A stretch of 64,000 bases of DNA from Raillietiella orientalis (lineage: Eukaryota): assembly GCA_036172245.1 (NCBI GenBank), contig JAYWIR010000063.1:186001-250000 (forward strand), written 5' to 3'. Position numbers and translations under genes: made by a program. Numbering within the stretch: position 1 is the first letter of the stretch; each line of letters starts with the position of its first letter. Below the pieces are notes generated by a model. The model made no database searches, was not told where the DNA came from, and saw nothing but the letters and a program-made list of their open reading frames with translations. This document shows positions 63,255 to 64,000 of the stretch, piece by piece.

Positions 63255-63495
63255 GCGGGCTCCGCGCATCCTCCACTTGTTCCACTTGTCCTGGCTTCCC
63301 AGACGTGTCTCCCGGCCTCAGCTTGCCTCGATCGTCTTCCGCGGATGTCAGAAGAATCTTCTTCAGCAGTCACGACCACCTCGCGAAGAGTTTCCTGGGG
63401 TCGCGTTCCGATGGCACCATCCGGTGAGGACAATCGCCTGAAGCATCTGGCCATGACGAAGCCTCATCCGGCAGCCTCACGAGACCAAGGCGGCT
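63255..63495 (-). mobile_element. Degenerate APE N-terminus remnant
   Basis: LVS*GCR (compare LVSWNCRG), PQETL and VW...SGTSGGCA in the expected order. Confidence 0.4.
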
Positions 63496-64000
63496 TCTGT
63501 TCTCTCCCCTCTCTCCGCAGGGGTGTCTCTGGACCAGCCAGTGATTTGCAGCGGCGTCTTCGCCATCCCCCTTATCCAGGCATTACCCGCCCATTTCCCG
63601 TCTTTCAGCGGCCTGGAGGTTCGACAAGCCGACTTTCTCCCATCCACTGCGTTTCGCCTTTCGGACGGCACCTGAGCTTCGTCTGGCGCGCCGCTCCGCG
63701 CGAGGGTCGCTCCTGTCCCTCGAGGGCAAGCGGTGAACTTTGCTCCAGCGAGTTGCCCTTTCCGATCGCAACGGAGGAACGCTCTCCACTCGTGACTCCG
63801 TCGGGAGAGAATCGGGAAAATAGGGAGCGGCGCCGAGCTCCCGGAAAACAGACGCAGCAGTTCATTCGTGCCCAGGTCGAGTTCTTCACGCGTGCTCTCT
63901 GAGCTTCCATCTAAAATTCTATTCTCCAGTGTGAGGGTGGGGGGACAAGCACGCTTCAGGGAGAAGATTTTTTCCACGGGGAGGATCTCCTCCCAGTCCC

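Overview
Eukaryotic (animal) genomic DNA, not prokaryotic. Most recognisable introns are very short GT-AG introns (42-65 nt), and one gene pair looks operon-like, which suggests a nematode, possibly clade I (inference). The window alternates abruptly between AT-rich blocks and GC-rich blocks. AT-rich blocks hold clean conserved genes: a PPP1R14/CPI-17-family PP1 inhibitor (12.1-13.0 kb, +), V-ATPase subunit D (30.8-31.8 kb, +), and TRABD followed 173 nt later by a SETMAR/set-23-like SET methyltransferase (58.1-61.5 kb, -). GC-rich blocks are mostly decayed repeats, and nearly all ORF-track ORFs there look spurious. Exceptions are a MANSC-domain (LRP11-like) gene whose LDLa exon appears eroded (about 8.8-10.4 kb, -) and an unrecognised two-TM mucin-like gene (38.2-42.2 kb, -). 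Repeats include six copies of a tRNA-headed SINE, many L1/Tx1-like LINE remnants, a MITE-like inverted repeat, a possible hAT remnant, a 38-bp minisatellite and a 35-nt U2 snRNA fragment. The most striking observation is that six divergent LINE 3' ends stop at the same tail-less junction (AATAAACGCCCCGG...GGGTG). Five of them are fused directly to an antisense piece of APE-endonuclease coding sequence, suggesting a self-targeting or fold-back retrotransposon. All alignments were done by eye; repeat boundaries are approximate.
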